A stretch of DNA of 64,000 nucleotides from Podarcis liolepis (lineage: Eukaryota), in assembly GCA_965112155.1 (NCBI GenBank), contig OZ218099.1. One strand, given 5' to 3'. Every line of letters begins with the position of its first letter. Within the stretch, counting starts at the first letter, position 1. Below are positions 1 through 13,626 of the stretch, piece by piece. The translations under genes were made by a program, and so were the position numbers. The notes beneath the pieces were generated by a model. The model made no database searches. It was not told the origin of the DNA and saw only the letters and a program-made list of their open reading frames with translations.

Positions 1-118
1 CACTGGGAATTGAAGAAGTCATCCTTGTCTTGGGTGAAGACAGGAACGTCATATTCCTGCACAATGGGGGGATCTGGGCGTTGCTCAATCACTTTCAGGT
101 GAATGGTGTTTGATTCAT
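1..118 (-). CDS. NPRL2: NPRL2 (GATOR1 subunit) coding exon 5, truncated by the window edge
   Basis: Minus strand reads (D)[38 protein letters not shown]; acceptor catacAG at 119-120; phase 1 matches the preceding exon. Confidence 0.95.
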
Positions 119-1081
119 CTGTATGAAGGAGCAAAAGAGGACAGAGCTAGGGACTTCTGAAGATGTTTTGCTGCCTGAAGCAAAGTACAAAATGGTTCCA
201 CCCACCCCAATCTATGTACAGAAGTTCATTGAGCTGGCAGCTGAATCTTAACACTGGTTGACAGGACAGCTGCAATTGGAACACATGGACCTCTGCACTG
301 CACTCTGATGCTGTGACTTTTTAAATATAGCACAACTGGGGTGGTTCTACCCTGAGAGCATACAAATTAGAACAATGTTCCTGAGCCACTCCCGGCTCTT
401 TTGGGATGATGGCAGAATATAAGTTTAATGAAATAAATGATTAAGAAATGTAAACCAAAACATCTTAGCTAAATCTTTTGAAGTCTGAACTTGAGTTTGT
501 TGCTTGGTTCCCAACTGCAAAGTCATCAGATGGTGGGAACAAAAGGGTCCCTAGAAGCAGACAGGATTGCATGCCTGAAACAGGAAGCGGGAGCCTGATG
601 AAATTAGAACAATGAGCTAATCCAGATTAATTGAACAATGACAACCAACAACTTCTCTTTTTTTGCACTCTTGGTCATGAGAGCCAGACAACAGCTGACA
701 GGAAAATAAAGGCGTCTGAACATCAGAAATAATTAATCTATGACAGGAAGAACTTGCTTGAAAGTCCAACTTTTAATGGACATTTCTGCCATTCTCTTGA
801 AGCTAACAAAAACTAAACTCAAGGGAATCAATATAGGATTTAATATTCATATACCACCCTTTCCTGAAATACACCACATTCTACAGCAACTGGACTACTT
901 CTATCTTTCAATAACTGGAGGAAAAAAGAGAGAGAGCAACACAACTCTAAGTGCTCTCCTGCTCTGAAAGTGCCACACTTCCATCTTTCCCTGCATTTCC
1001 TCCAAGAATCACTTGCAAGCTTGCAACTTAACATGCAATTTGAAAAGGAGCATTTGCTGCTACTTTTTTGTTGACAGTTAC

Positions 1082-1190
1082 CTATAGGAAGAGTGCATTT
1101 GCCAGTGGCATTTAGTTCCTCAAGTAGGATGGTCATGATGGGTATCAACTTCTGTTTGCTCTCATCAGTGGAAATGAAGCCACTCTCAAG
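1082..1190 (-). CDS. NPRL2: NPRL2 coding exon 4 (109 nt)
   Basis: [36 protein letters not shown]; AG at 1191-1192, donor GTAACT. Confidence 0.96.
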
Positions 1191-2019
1191 CTAGGAAAGA
1201 GCAAAGTCGATGATTAGCCCCAACCAAAATGCAACTTTAAATATACCAAGAGAAGCAGAGGTAGTAGTTTGTGCTGAAAGTATCCCATACTAAATAAAAA
1301 TATTTCATGGGGAATGTGCATGTATATATGTGTGTGTATGTAAACAAACACACCCCCACACACCTTTTTATACAATAATGGGAGAAACTTCCCCATTAGT
1401 GCAACTGCAGGATAGGTAACAATCCTGCAGCAGTTGTGTGATATTGGTATAAACTTAACAAAGTGGTACAAATGTAATAAGGTGGATAGGAAGATATTCC
1501 TGCTTCTAAAGCAGCAGCCCTGAAACAAGAGAAAAGGCTATATGCTTCTTGAAGCAAACAGGCAAATAAACAGGAGATGTGTGCTTTTGAGACTGGTGGC
1601 AAGGGAGAAAGTATGTATCATTGAAATTTTTTTTAATTAGAAAAGAACATCAACATGGTAGAACACTGTTGCAAGGAATTAGATAATTGCACAATTTCTT
1701 CTCAGAAGATGACAGAAATACTCTTGTGGTAAAGTAGGTAAATATTCACACTTTACCAACCTTAAAGATGATATATAAACTCTTCAAAAGCAACTGCACA
1801 GTACCCTAAGAAAGAACAGGGAGAGTGCTCTGCCAGGTCATCAGTGATGTCACAGGTACTCTCCAACAGGTATCTGTGACAGTCACACACATCTATCATA
1901 GTAGCACTGGTTGCACGTTTGGGTGGTCCATTTCAGAGTTCAGCAGGTGCAATTCAACAGAAAAAGAAAGAAAACACAACAATAAAACAAAGCAGAGGAC
2001 ACTTTAAATTAAGCTTTCA

Positions 2020-2486
<467 letters not shown>

Positions 2487-2748
2487 TTAAATCTGCAGAT
2501 CAGTAGTCGCAAGATGAGATCTATGGACTCCTTTGAAACCTATCTAAACATATTTTTATAAATCAGTTTTCCACTGTCAAGGAAGCACTATGCTGCAGAG
2601 AGCGACCCCAGAGAATAGCTGCCACTCAGAGTAGACAGTACTGGGCTCAATGGACAAATAATCCAACATAGCATAAGGCAGCTTTCTGAATGTCCCACAA
2701 CTATATACTGACCAGTTTCTTTATACCATGATGTCTGGTACCACTAAC

Positions 2749-2826
2749 CTGATATGTTATCTTAGGCCCAAGTGTTGGGTGGAATTCACTGAAAAAGATA
2801 CACTCAATTCTGCTGCTGACTTCCAT
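2749..2826 (-). CDS. NPRL2: NPRL2 first coding exon (78 nt CDS)
   Basis: ATG at 2826-2824, [26 protein letters not shown]; donor GTTAGT; an acceptor tctcttgcAG lies 8 nt upstream of the ATG. Confidence 0.95.
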
Positions 2827-3299
2827 AGCGGTAACTGCAAGAGATCAAGTATACACAACTGATGATACTCCCAAGTAAATACCTCATAATTTTAAGAACT
2901 GTTATTTGTAATAGGGAGGGAACTCCACAAATCCAGAAAGATGACAGGAAGGGCACGACTTCTTGTAGCTGTTAACCATGTCTCCCTCAGTTATGTACAA
3001 CATCCCATCATATAGCTCTTATAAGTCTCTGAGGACTTTTATTCATGTTTAAGTTATGCAAGCTTTTCCACATATAAAGGAGCAGTGACAATCAGTGTGA
3101 TTTCCTGCTGCAGCTAAACTCTCCTTTCCCTCTCCCCTCAGTTCAGGAGGGCTTCCCTGGCTCAGCTCAGGCTGAGCTTTGAACCCCTCACTCTCCTTAG
3201 CTCAGTTTTCCTTCTAAATTGTTACACTTCCGGCTGGCAAAAGACACTGGGGGAAAATTGTTCCTGTGTAGGAAACTCCAGGTTCATTGGTAAGTGGGC

Positions 3300-4220
3300 A
3301 GACAAGTAAGAGCTACACTCGCACACACATTTCCCCAGGGAACTCTGCACAAACGGGCGAAACAGCCTGCAAGCGCCCCCTCCCTCCTCCCCAAGTGAAC
3401 GAAGAACAGCACTGAAGGAAAGGCGCACTCACCGGCGACCGAGAGAAGAGAGCAGCAAGAGCACGCATGCGCACACTATAGTCCCGCGTATGGTCAGAGT
3501 CGGGGAGAACGCTTGGCTTTTCTACGCAGGCGCAAAACATCTGGGCGCACAGGCGCGCGCGCGAGAGAGATAGACTAACGTTATGGCGCATGCGCATGCC
3601 ATCACCGTTTTATCTGGCCTAGTGGCGAGACTGCTGTCCCGGAGATGCGCGCACATAGATTTCTCTGACTCCCGATAAAACGAATGGCAATTCCAAACAA
3701 AGGAGCCGTCGAGGAGAACTTGCCCAGGTGGTCACGTGTCTTATCAGGTTGAAGGCTTCATTTGACAGAACTTCGCCCGTGATGGACAGCGAGGCTCAGC
3801 CTCTCAGATGCGGAGGATGACAGTCAGGGTAGGCGGGCCCTAGAAGGCCAGTCTCGGCCTTGCCCAATCAGCAGGTGGCGCTTGCTTCCTCTGCTTCTAT
3901 CGGAGTTCCTGCTCCCTTGCGATGCGGATCATCCGCGAGCAGGTAGGTGAAATCCGCGCTCCCCGGGATCTACTGTTGGATACGGGTGTGTGTGTGTTTG
4001 GACTAAGGAACTCGGTGTGTATGCGAACCCAAGGTGGGCGGCGGCGTGGGTCGAGATCTGCCCCCTTCTGCACAGCTGTCGTGGGTGGGGCTGTTCCTGT
4101 GACTTGAAGCCTTGCTGGTGATGCCTTTGTGTGACCCGCATCTTCGATCTTGGCAAATCGGCACCTGAAACCCAGAAATCCCAGGGTGGGTAGTGGCGCC
4201 CACCCTGTGGAACGCCCTCC
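3300..4220. promoter_or_regulatory. CpG-island bidirectional promoter of NPRL2 and CYB561D2
   Basis: Abrupt CpG enrichment; NRF1 motifs ACGCATGCGCA (3463-3473) and GCGCATGCGCA (3586-3596), E-box GTCACGTG (3731-3738), CCAAT (3864-3868); outward-facing donors CCG|GTGAGT (- strand, 3433/3432) and CAG|GTAGGT (+ strand, 3942/3943). Confidence 0.85.
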
Positions 4221-4249
4221 CATCAGATGTCAAAGAGATAAATAATTAC

Positions 4250-4389
4250 CTGACATTCAGAAGACATCTTAAGGCAGCCCTGTTCAGGGAAGTTTTTAAT
4301 ATGTAACGCTGTACTGTTTTTAACACTGATTGGGAGCCGCCCAGAGTGGCTGGGGAAACTCAGCCAGATGGGCGGGGTATAAATAATAA

Positions 4390-4428
<39 letters not shown>

Positions 4429-4438
4429 TTATTATTAT
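4250..4438 (+). mobile_element. LINE (L2-like) 3' terminal fragment with (TTA)n tail
   Basis: ccgcccagagtggctggggaaactcagccagatgggcggggtataaataataaa followed by (TTA)n; the same tail recurs near 9112-9163 (+) and 15279-15342 (-). Family assignment is from memory. Confidence 0.65.
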
Positions 4439-6600
4439 CTCCTGCTCCTCAAAATCTCGCTTTCTGAAGAGTTAGGAGGAGGGGCGGGTGCCTTATCCGA
4501 GGAGAATGTGCTTTTGGATTAGGGAAGATTGGGTCCTCCCAATGACTATCGAATATATAAATATGTATATAAGCATATATGATATACAATATACCGTATA
4601 TTAAACGGGGGTCTGAAGGGTCTGTGGGTGTTCCCCCCACCCCTGTAATTTGGCAGACTGGGTATCCTCCCTCCGCAAATGAATAGGGTGGGGGAAGAAT
4701 CATGAAGCACGCTAAATCTCGCTCTGCCATTCATAGTGCACAGAAAGAGATCCGGATCAGACTCTGCAATAACAGGTTGCTGAGGGGAGATGAATGAGCA
4801 ATGGCGACTCTACCACATTTTCATACTTAAGACAACAGGATCAGTGTCCTGACACAACATCTGATCTGTGGCAGCAGGTTTAAAAGAAAGGGATGCTGGT
4901 GAGAGTGAATATACTGTATTTTCCTCCTGAAGTGGGCTGTGGTTTAATTACTGCTTAAATAAAATACACTAAATTGGATAAGCACAAATGCCATCCGGTT
5001 ATAAGATCAAGCATAGAGGTGGTAATTTCACTGTTTATGGCTTCCTGGGTTTGAACACTTATTCATACTACTTTGGAAACTACTGAATGAGCTCTCTCTC
5101 TCTCTTTTACTCTTTTAAAAGGGAGTGTTCACTCTGACTGACAATATAATTCTCTGTTTGAAAAGAAGTGAATGCATCTCTCATTTGCCTGTGGTCCCTT
5201 TGAGTTTAATTTCGGTGTCAATCTCATTTCTTTGTTAATCCTGGGGTGAAACGAGGCTTTATTTCACCCGGGTCAAAGACCCAGTTTGGCAGCCCTCCAC
5301 ATGCATTTGCACACACAGGCTAGGAGCCTCAATGGTGCCACTCTGGAGACACTACTGGGGCAACCCCCCCCCCAATACGTTAACCCTGGTTAACCCTATG
5401 ATGTCATTCCAGTAAGAAGGTGGATCTGTAGAGGGTGCAAAGGAGAGATTACCAGGGCTTGGACCTTGCTTCAGCTCTCCACTCAGGGTTGCTTCATCTG
5501 GGACAAAATTCATGTAGAGAAAGCAGTGCAACCCATGTGTACATAAGATGTTTGCAGTTCTCTTGTATTGCCACATTAAAAAAATATCTGGAACCCCCCC
5601 CCCCATTCCGCCACAGGTTTCTGGTGTGTTTAATCAATAATAACTTGGATTAATCAATGATAATCCAGGAAGCAGAATAGGACTATAGTTTACGTATTAA
5701 GCTTTGCATGAACCAGGGAGAATCTGTTAGGTGTTTCAGTTGGTGCTGGTGGCTAAATATTTGTTCAAGAGCTCTAACCTTAATTCGGGAATTCCATGAG
5801 GAATGTAAAGAAAAATGTGGTTATGCCTTAGCCTGCCAAATGCCTCCACGTTTCAATAACATTACTCCATGGAGCTGCAGTATCAATACTTGCTGTCATA
5901 AAATGAAACATGTCTGTGACTCAACAGGCTTTCTTAGCAAACCAGTAATAAGAGTGGTGTAACTCTTGTAGTGCTTTATACTGGCTTTGTAGTTTGCCAG
6001 TGTGTCCTAGTTTCTCCCTGGTGAAAGGCGTCTGCCCTGCTGCAACCATGGGAGTGGGAGACTTTTTTTCTACTGCACTAATTCTGGTGAGAAGATGTGC
6101 TAAGACAGCACATTTTGTGTACATGCCAGGCAGAATGTGGCATGGGCAAATGTTTCCCTTTAGTACCACACTGTCACAGGTATTGCAGTTACAATGAGGG
6201 AGGGAGAAAAAAGAATGGGCATGATGAAGGGGAGAGTTCAGCTGACTTCCTGAAATAGCCCATTGCTATTGCTAATAAATTAAGCAGATGGTGGGGAACA
6301 AAGTCTTCTTTTGCAAGCCAGGATTTTTCTTTAGTCTGCCCTTAAGATTCACCAGTGAAAGTTATTGCTGGGCCTTGTGCCATCTTATGACAGATTTTTT
6401 GGTGTTAATAGCTTTGCCTGTCTTTTTCTCAGATAACTAACAGAAGTATGAGAAGTATGTTTTCCCCATCAGCACAATAACATTCTATAGTTTCCCCCTC
6501 ATGTGCTGGGGAAGCTGGTACATGCTGCATACAGAAAAAGGAAGCTGGTAACTGGTGAAGGGTGGAAGGTCAAGATCCTGTCAACTGTGCTGGAGAAGAC

Positions 6601-6727
6601 ATGGCTCTGACTGTTGAAACAGAATCGCGAATATACCACTCTCTCAGAGCTGTCTTTGGTGCTACTGCGCACCTTGCCTCACTTGGATTTACCATCTTCG
6701 TAGCTGTGGTGGCTAGACCTGGATCAA
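6601..6727 (+). CDS. CYB561D2: CYB561D2 first coding exon (127 nt CDS)
   Basis: ATG at 6601, [42 protein letters not shown]; donor GTAAGT at 6728. Confidence 0.95.
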
Positions 6728-7731
6728 GTAAGTAGGATGCAATGATAGGTGCATTGTTAAATGTGCTCCAATACCTGTGCATAGGTTTGATTAAAAATTA
6801 AGACGTGGGCAGATATACACTCAGTCAAAATTCTGTCTTGAGTGTGAGTAAAGGATGTTAGTCATTTGAAAGTAAGACTTATAGTCCAGCACTTTGTAGA
6901 ACTGATTTCAGGTGGTTTAGGCCTCACTCTTCATATAGCCAACATGATAGGCTTCTGAATCATCTAAGCTTTCTAGGGCGCTTCTGCTCTTAAATATAAT
7001 TGTTTTACAGGGCCTAAACTGATAGAAATAGCTTCTGCCTGACATAACACATAGGATGGTGTCTCAGTCCTGCAAGAAACCTGTGCATGCTCCTGATGCA
7101 CATTTTAATGTTCATCCCCTTCATGGTGTTTTTCCAAACCTTATGTGAATTAGGAGGACCATCCACATGAAGTTTACATGTCTGTGACTACAGTCTTTGA
7201 TTATTGCCTGGAGAGAGTTTGGCCGGTGCACTTTACTGACGAATAGTGTAGCATTTCTGTTTTTCCATTACAAAATGCAACACATGAGCTCTGTCACAGT
7301 AAACCAATCCTTTGCAACATCTCCTGTTACTAACTTTGCACTCCTAGATGTTTTATGAGAATAAACTTTGAGCCTCTCTCTGTTAAATGAGTCTTCTAAT
7401 GAAATATGATCCTTTAACATAACAAAAGCTTTAGACAAGATCACTAGGCCCATTTTCAGTGATGCCTTAGGTATTTTGGCATAGGGCACTGCATTCCCAT
7501 TTGCAGTCTCAGCAAAGCACATGCGTTGAACCAAAGGTGAGACTGCGAACGCCATCTTGGTAGTCAAGATGACCCTGAAACTAATTGGTAGTTGTTGCAA
7601 CAATGAGCTCACCTATATATGCACTTGCTTTGTTACAGACTAATTGGATTGCTTTGATGCTATGCTTATCTGTGGGGCCTGGGATACTGGGTTCTTGGCC
7701 CACAGAGGGGAACTATCTGTAAGCCTTAGAT

Positions 7732-7867
7732 CAGGCTTCCTCAAACTCGGCCCTCCAGCTGTTTTTGACCTACAACTCCCATGATCCCTAGCTAGCAGGA
7801 CCAGTGGTCAGGGATGATGGGAATTGTAGTCTCCAAACATCTGGAGGGCCGAGTTTGAGGAAGCCTG
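7732..7867. mobile_element. hAT-type palindromic MITE (136 bp)
   Basis: TIRs caggcttcctcaaactcggccctccag / ctggagggccgagtttgaggaagcctg; perfect 8-bp TSD CCTTAGAT (7724-7731, 7868-7875). Degenerate relatives near 19680-19805, 59490-59610, 60516-60650 and 61735-61825. Confidence 0.88.
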
Positions 7868-8743
7868 CCTTAGATAGTTTCCAGCTATGTCCTCACATGG
7901 ATTGATGAGAAGTTCTGGTCAAACAAAAGTATGCCGTCTTTTGTATAAGTAATGCTTAACTTACTAGCACTTTGTGGACAAGTCATGATTGCTTCCTGCT
8001 GTGGTGTTCCCCCCATGTCTTGTAATGGCAGTGGGGCTTTGCAGGCTGTGTTGTAAGTTTATACCTTTCTTTAATAAAGCACTAGAACTGGCCATTCTGG
8101 TGTCTTTGATTTTCTCTTTTGGTATCTCTGCACCAAACCACTCCCACTGGCCCTCCTTTGGGCTGCAGATCAGAACAACACACCACATTGCTCAAAATAT
8201 TTGATTTTTTAAAAAGAGGGATATAATCTGTGTTGTGCCAGATTCTAAAAACACTGATCCCTGTTGCACCTACAACCCACAATTTAGTGTAGCATAAGGT
8301 TTCGTGACCACAAATTTTATACCACTGTAAATCTGTTCCATCTTTAAGGTACCACAATGCTTATCTTTTTCCTGCTACAAAGTAAATGGCAACCTTTCCA
8401 GAATTCATATGCAATTCCACAATGTGTTTGGAGTGCTGTATTGCATTTCTTTCAGCGCTTTTGATTTTGAAGTCATTTTGTTATGTCTGTTTTGGGGAAA
8501 GTTTTGCTCTACCCTGAACCTCACGTGAGAAGGAATGACAAAGGGATCCAAATTGAAGTATATAAAAATGTGTGATGGCTTCTCTCCAGCAACAATGATT
8601 CTAGTACACTTAGCATTTCCACACAATTGGATTAATTCTAGGATTTAAATGGATGTATCCTATTTCCAGAGCAGGTAGCACATTTTCAGCTGTATGCTAA
8701 CTGATTGTCTACAGGGACTCACCTTGCTTTTGTTTCTTTCCAG

Positions 8744-8781
8744 GCTTGTTCTCCTGGCATCCTTTCTTAATGTCTCTTGCG
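8744..8781 (+). CDS. CYB561D2: CYB561D2 second coding exon (38 nt)
   Basis: (S)LFSWHPFLMSLA with the first heme-ligand His motif; tttctttccAG acceptor, GTAAGC donor. Confidence 0.95.
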
Positions 8782-9127
8782 GTAAGCCAGCCACAGGCAT
8801 TCTTTACAACCATCTTCCTAAATAACTAATTATAACCTTACCTTATCTATTTCGGGCTTTGTTTAGTGGACTGAATAGTCTGAGAAAAGGCTGGAGGCAG
8901 CTTATTGTGGAGTAAGATGGAAATTCTGTGCTAAGGAATTGGAAAAGGCAGAGGTGATGCAGTTGCTCCTGCCTGTTGTGGGACTCGAATCCAGAATTCC
9001 CTACTGGTAGATAGGATTAAAATATGAGATAATTATCCCTTCCTTTTCTGTGTGCAGCTCACAAAGCTTTTATCTTCTCCTTTGCTGATGAGGATCGCTA
9101 TAAAATTTGTACCAGCCAGATGGGCGG

Positions 9128-9166
<39 letters not shown>

Positions 9167-9373
9167 CCTTTAGAAAAGAGATAAGCCTTTCCATGACAGA
9201 ACAATTTCTTCTCCAGTATTTGGCAGGAATTCCCAAGTTATTACACAAAGTTAAATGTTGGGGGAAAGCAAGGAAGCTTTTGTTCTTGTTAAGCTGGGAA
9301 TGAGTGCAATTTTACCATTGGCTAAATGTAATGTAACAAACCATAGTGATGTTGTCTTCTTTTGCCTCTCCAG

Positions 9374-9877
9374 TTTTCTTTCCTGATGACAGAAGCCCTT
9401 CTGACTTTCTCTCCAGAGAGCTCCCTCCTCCAGTCCTTCTCCCGGAAGGCCAAGGTCCGCTTCCATTGGGCTTTACAGTTGCTCTCACTCACCTGTGCAG
9501 TGTTGGGCTTGGCCATCATCAGCTATAACAAGTACCGCAAGGGGAAAGACCACTTTGTCACCTGGCACGGTTTGACTGGCTTGCTGACTGTGCTGTATGC
9601 TACCATGCAGTGCATGGGGGGCCTTGCTCTGCTCTACCCCAAGCTGATGAAGAACTGGACACTGAGCAAACTCAAGCTTTACCACGCCACATCAGGGCTG
9701 ATTGGTTACATTCTTGGCTGTGCCAGTTTGATGCTGGGTATGTGTTCCTTGTGGTTTACCATATCTGTAACTGGAGTCTCCTGGTATCTGTCCATGCTGT
9801 GTCCTATCCTCACCAGCCTGGTTATCATGAACCAAGTGAGCAATGCCTACCTCTATCGCAAAAGAATCCAACCTTAA
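9374..9877 (+). CDS. CYB561D2: CYB561D2 last coding exon (transmembrane cytochrome b561 D2; total 669 nt, 222 aa)
   Basis: [19 protein letters not shown]...HWALQ...TWHG...KLYHATSG...[15 protein letters not shown]; acceptor ctctccAG at 9372-9373. Confidence 0.97.
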   Translation, partial: FSFLMTEALLTFSPESSLLQSFSRKAKVRFHWALQLLSLTCAVLGLAIISYNKYRKGKDHFVTWHGLTGLLTVLYATMQCMGGLALLYPKLMKNWTLSKLKLYHATSGLIGYILGCASLMLGMCSLWFTISVTGVSWYLSMLCPILTSLVIMNQVSNAYLYRKRIQP

Positions 9878-10243
9878 AAGCCATCCTGAAACAGACAGCT
9901 TGTGGGATCTCTGAAGAATTCCTGCATTGTCAGTAAGGAGTCAGGTGGTCTTACAAGGCAGTGGGACTGAAGAATCTCTTTTTACTTGCCTATAGCATCA
10001 TATGGTATTTTATGTAATTTCTGACTTTTCCCTGTTAAAATCCTGGAGATGCCCATCCTGTTGAACCAGCTTCCTTTTGGTGCCAGTGTCCATGTAGCAT
10101 TTTCTTTTCTCTGTCAAAATACCTCTGGAAATATGGCCAGTGCTGAGTAAGTAGCCCAGTTGCACTCTGCTGGTGCCTCCCTGTGTAAGAACACCAAGTA
10201 TTGCTTAGGTCGTTCTTGATTCAGGTAGCTGCTGAAATCCTTC

Positions 10244-10247
<4 letters not shown>

Positions 10248-10285
<38 letters not shown>
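10248..10285. repeat. (CA)n microsatellite in the CYB561D2 3' region
   Basis: Direct observation. Confidence 0.95.
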
Positions 10286-10287
<2 letters not shown>

Positions 10288-12993
10288 CGGCTGTTTTAAT
10301 ATACTATCTCTTGGTAAACTGTTTGGGGTTCAGATGTCCTGGTTTGGGTATCAGATTGAACCTTTTAGCACTCTGAATAAGGGAAGGACTGATCTCTCTC
10401 TAACACAGTTGTAAAGGCCTGAGTTTCTGTCTAAAAAAATCTGTCCTGACTGTGCAGTGCTCTAAGCTGTATTAGAAATGACAAGGTAATTTGAGCTAGG
10501 CAGGATCTAAACATATTACATGCTTTAAAAACAAAGCTGCCTTGTATGGAGACTCTACAACCAGAAAGTGGCATGGGAGGACAGAGGGCCTAACATTTCT
10601 CATTTTTTAATGCTCAAGAACACCAGACCACCCGTCTAGCAGGTTTTCTCCCCAGCAGGATTCAAAGTGCATGTTAGCATGTAAGTGTAAATTATTATTA
10701 CTGCTGCTTTATCTGTTCATAGCCTTGTAGCTAAAGCTCTCAGGGGGATTTACATAAACAGTTTAAAAACCAAACCTGATCAACTATATGTGTTAGACTG
10801 GCTAAGTAACTTCACTTCCTGAAATAGTAAAGTGGCTCAGATGTGGATCAATTAGCCATTGGCGTTTTCCAGAGACAATTTGATGTGAAGAGACGGTGGT
10901 TGACATGTAGAGCATTTTGTACAACCTGTCTTAGGTCTAGACAAACATTAGGAGATACTTGCCATTTCCTTCCACTGTTATAATATTCTGAGGGCTGCAA
11001 CTCCTTCACTACCCACCTTCTCTCCTGTTGTTTTTTTTTTTACTCTTAGAAGTCCTGTCATTCCATGTCTGCACCACTCAGTTCAATGTGGCTTAGTCCC
11101 CTGCTACTCTGGACTGCACTGCAGGCTTGTTTAACTGTGCTTGCCTTGTGTTTGTGTGAAAGTAGGGGGAAAGGAAGAAATTGCTACTGTGTCCTCCCTT
11201 CTATCCCCACTCTGGCTCTCAGTAGTCACTGTGGCCTTTTCTTTGGTCAGCTGCTATAACAGCAGCCATTTTGAGAGCAACTGCTGCCTAGAAAATAACA
11301 GGCAAACACTGAGAACCAGGAAGAAGAGGGGCAGCACAGTGATGGATTCTCCTCCTCCTCTTCCCTGGTGGAAAGATGTGAGGCGGGCAAAAGTTTCATG
11401 GGCATATGGTATACTGAACTTGAGAAAGGCTTTCAAGAATTGGGTATAACCGAGTCTGTGTTCTCTTCTTTACACTGATGACTTCTGGGTTCCTTCTTTC
11501 AGGTTGACGCGTGCACTGTTCATGAGAAAGCTTCACGGGCAAAAGCACAATACTATGTAAGCTTAGGAATTTCTCCTTGAACTTCTGGCCTAGTGGTATA
11601 GGTTCTCATAATCTTTTATCCTATACCTGGAATGGTATACCACAAGACCACATTATTACCTGAAACTATTCCTGATAGAGGGAAGCTTACAGCCCGGCAA
11701 ATGTATTTATGCCCTCTCAAGGTGGAGAAGAAACCTGCTCAGTCCTTTCCCTTCTCGGTGTACAGAATTTCCATTCACTCTTGTGTTATGGTAGATGAAT
11801 AGTAGCTTCATTTTATGGCTAGGTAAGCAAAAGGGAGCTCTGATGTCCAAAGGTTTCCCACTGATCCAAGCACAGAGGTTAGAATAGTATCTGCATGGCT
11901 ATCTTCTTTTGTAGCTCTTAGACCAAAACTCCCAGCATTTGATGTCTCATGAGTCACAGTATTTAACATAGACGATCCTGCAAACAGGAACATGGAAGCA
12001 GAGTGCTGAAATACAGATAAGCGCTCTTCTTTTTTCAGACTTGGCACAGTTTGCCGATACATGACAAGTTTTGCACAAGTGTAACATGTGTGATCAACAC
12101 TTGTGTTGATCTACATACAATCTCTGCGTGGAAATGCTTTCTACACTGGAATGTTGAGGCACTCAGAAAAGCTTCTGGATGGGCTGATGGTACTTACTGG
12201 TAATCTCTTGCAGTTCCAAGGCAAGGATAAAACCCAGTTGCTTTTTTATCATTAGCTAACAGCTGACTTCCAGATTTGATTTGCTTGCAGCATGTTAAAG
12301 TGGCTTCAGCCAAAGTGCACACAAAGGTTCCCACCAGCTGTGGGACTAAATCAAGGAAAGGAGTCTTTGTTTTGCTGGCTGGGAAGAAGAGAGAATAACT
12401 GCCTTAGCAAAGAACGAGAAAATGGGCAAAGCTGGGCCCCTTGTTTAATGGGATTGGAAGAAGCACCATGGTTGCAAGGAGATAAGACACTGGCCCTGAC
12501 CTAGATAAAGTTAATCATGACTAAAGCTCTTTGAAACCTATGAAAGAATGTGACTACCTGAAGTCCCATTGTTTTCATCTTCCAGTGGTTATGTACCTTA
12601 GATGTCCTGTGCAGCATCATTTACTTAAACATATAGTTTGCCATAATGTATTATGTAAAAATGCTACATTTTTATGGACTAGAGTACCTGGTTATCTTTT
12701 CTATGGAGCCCATGGTCCCCACCTTTTCTTGCGTCTATGCGATACCAGTCCTTTCAGTGACAACTGCGACAGGCATTATGTCAGCAGGAATGCTTCATTT
12801 TCACCAGTTACATGGATTGATTTGGCTGAAATATATATTGCTGTTACTGAAACATCAAGCGGTCTGCCAAGTCTGAAACTGCACCAACGAAGATCGTTGT
12901 TTGCACTGGACTGTTTGTGATGAGTATATCTGCCAGGCAGGTGTACCCATCAATGAGCTTGATCAAAGAAAGGTAATCAAGAGTTCTCTATTA

Positions 12994-12999
12994 AATAAA
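12994..12999 (+). terminator. Candidate CYB561D2 poly(A) signal
   Basis: AATAAA followed about 30-50 nt later by a G/T-rich tract (gttgcctttttatttgtttttg); implies a 3' UTR of about 3.1 kb. Confidence 0.5.
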
Positions 13000-13169
13000 G
13001 CTTTTGAACACCTGTAGTGGCTCTGGCATGTTGCCTTTTTATTTGTTTTTGCTCCCTTCTGATCCACTAAGACAAGATATCCTCAAGCAGAGTTCACGAG
13101 ATACCTAGTATCTGCAGATAACATTGCTCTTTCTTGTTGGCATCACATCAGTTAATAACAATTTTATTA

Positions 13170-13626
13170 TGCCCTAGTCAGACCTCATCTAAAGTACTGT
13201 CTACAGTTCTGGGTGCTGCATAGGCAAATTGGAACAGGTTCAGAAGAAGACACCAAAAATGGCTAGTGGGGTAGAAAGCCAGTCTCACGAGGAAGGATTG
13301 AAAGAACTGGCATGTTTAATGATAGCACTTTTCAAATACCCAAACGTCCATTACACAGAAGAGGGAAAATACTTGTTCCCTGCAATCCCAGAGGACAGGA
13401 CTAGATCTAATAAGCAAGGGAGGGCTTATTGCAGCTGAATGTTAGAAAAGCTCTTTTAATGACAGTGAAATCAGTTGCTGAGGTTGATGGGCTCTCCCTC
13501 ATTGGAAGTCTTCAGGCAAAGGCTGGGCAATCATCTTATGGATGCTGTAGCTCTGGATTTCCAGTGCTGAGCAGGGATTGGCCTAGATGGCCTACAAGAC
13601 TCCCTCCAACTCTTATGGTACTATGA
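13170..13626 (+). mobile_element. Degenerate CR1 LINE 3' fragment
   Basis: Remnant ORF2 C-terminus (ALVRPHL.YC.QFW..., LEQVQKK..KM..G.E...EE.LKEL) and CR1-type end ccctccaactcttatggtactatga. Confidence 0.75.
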
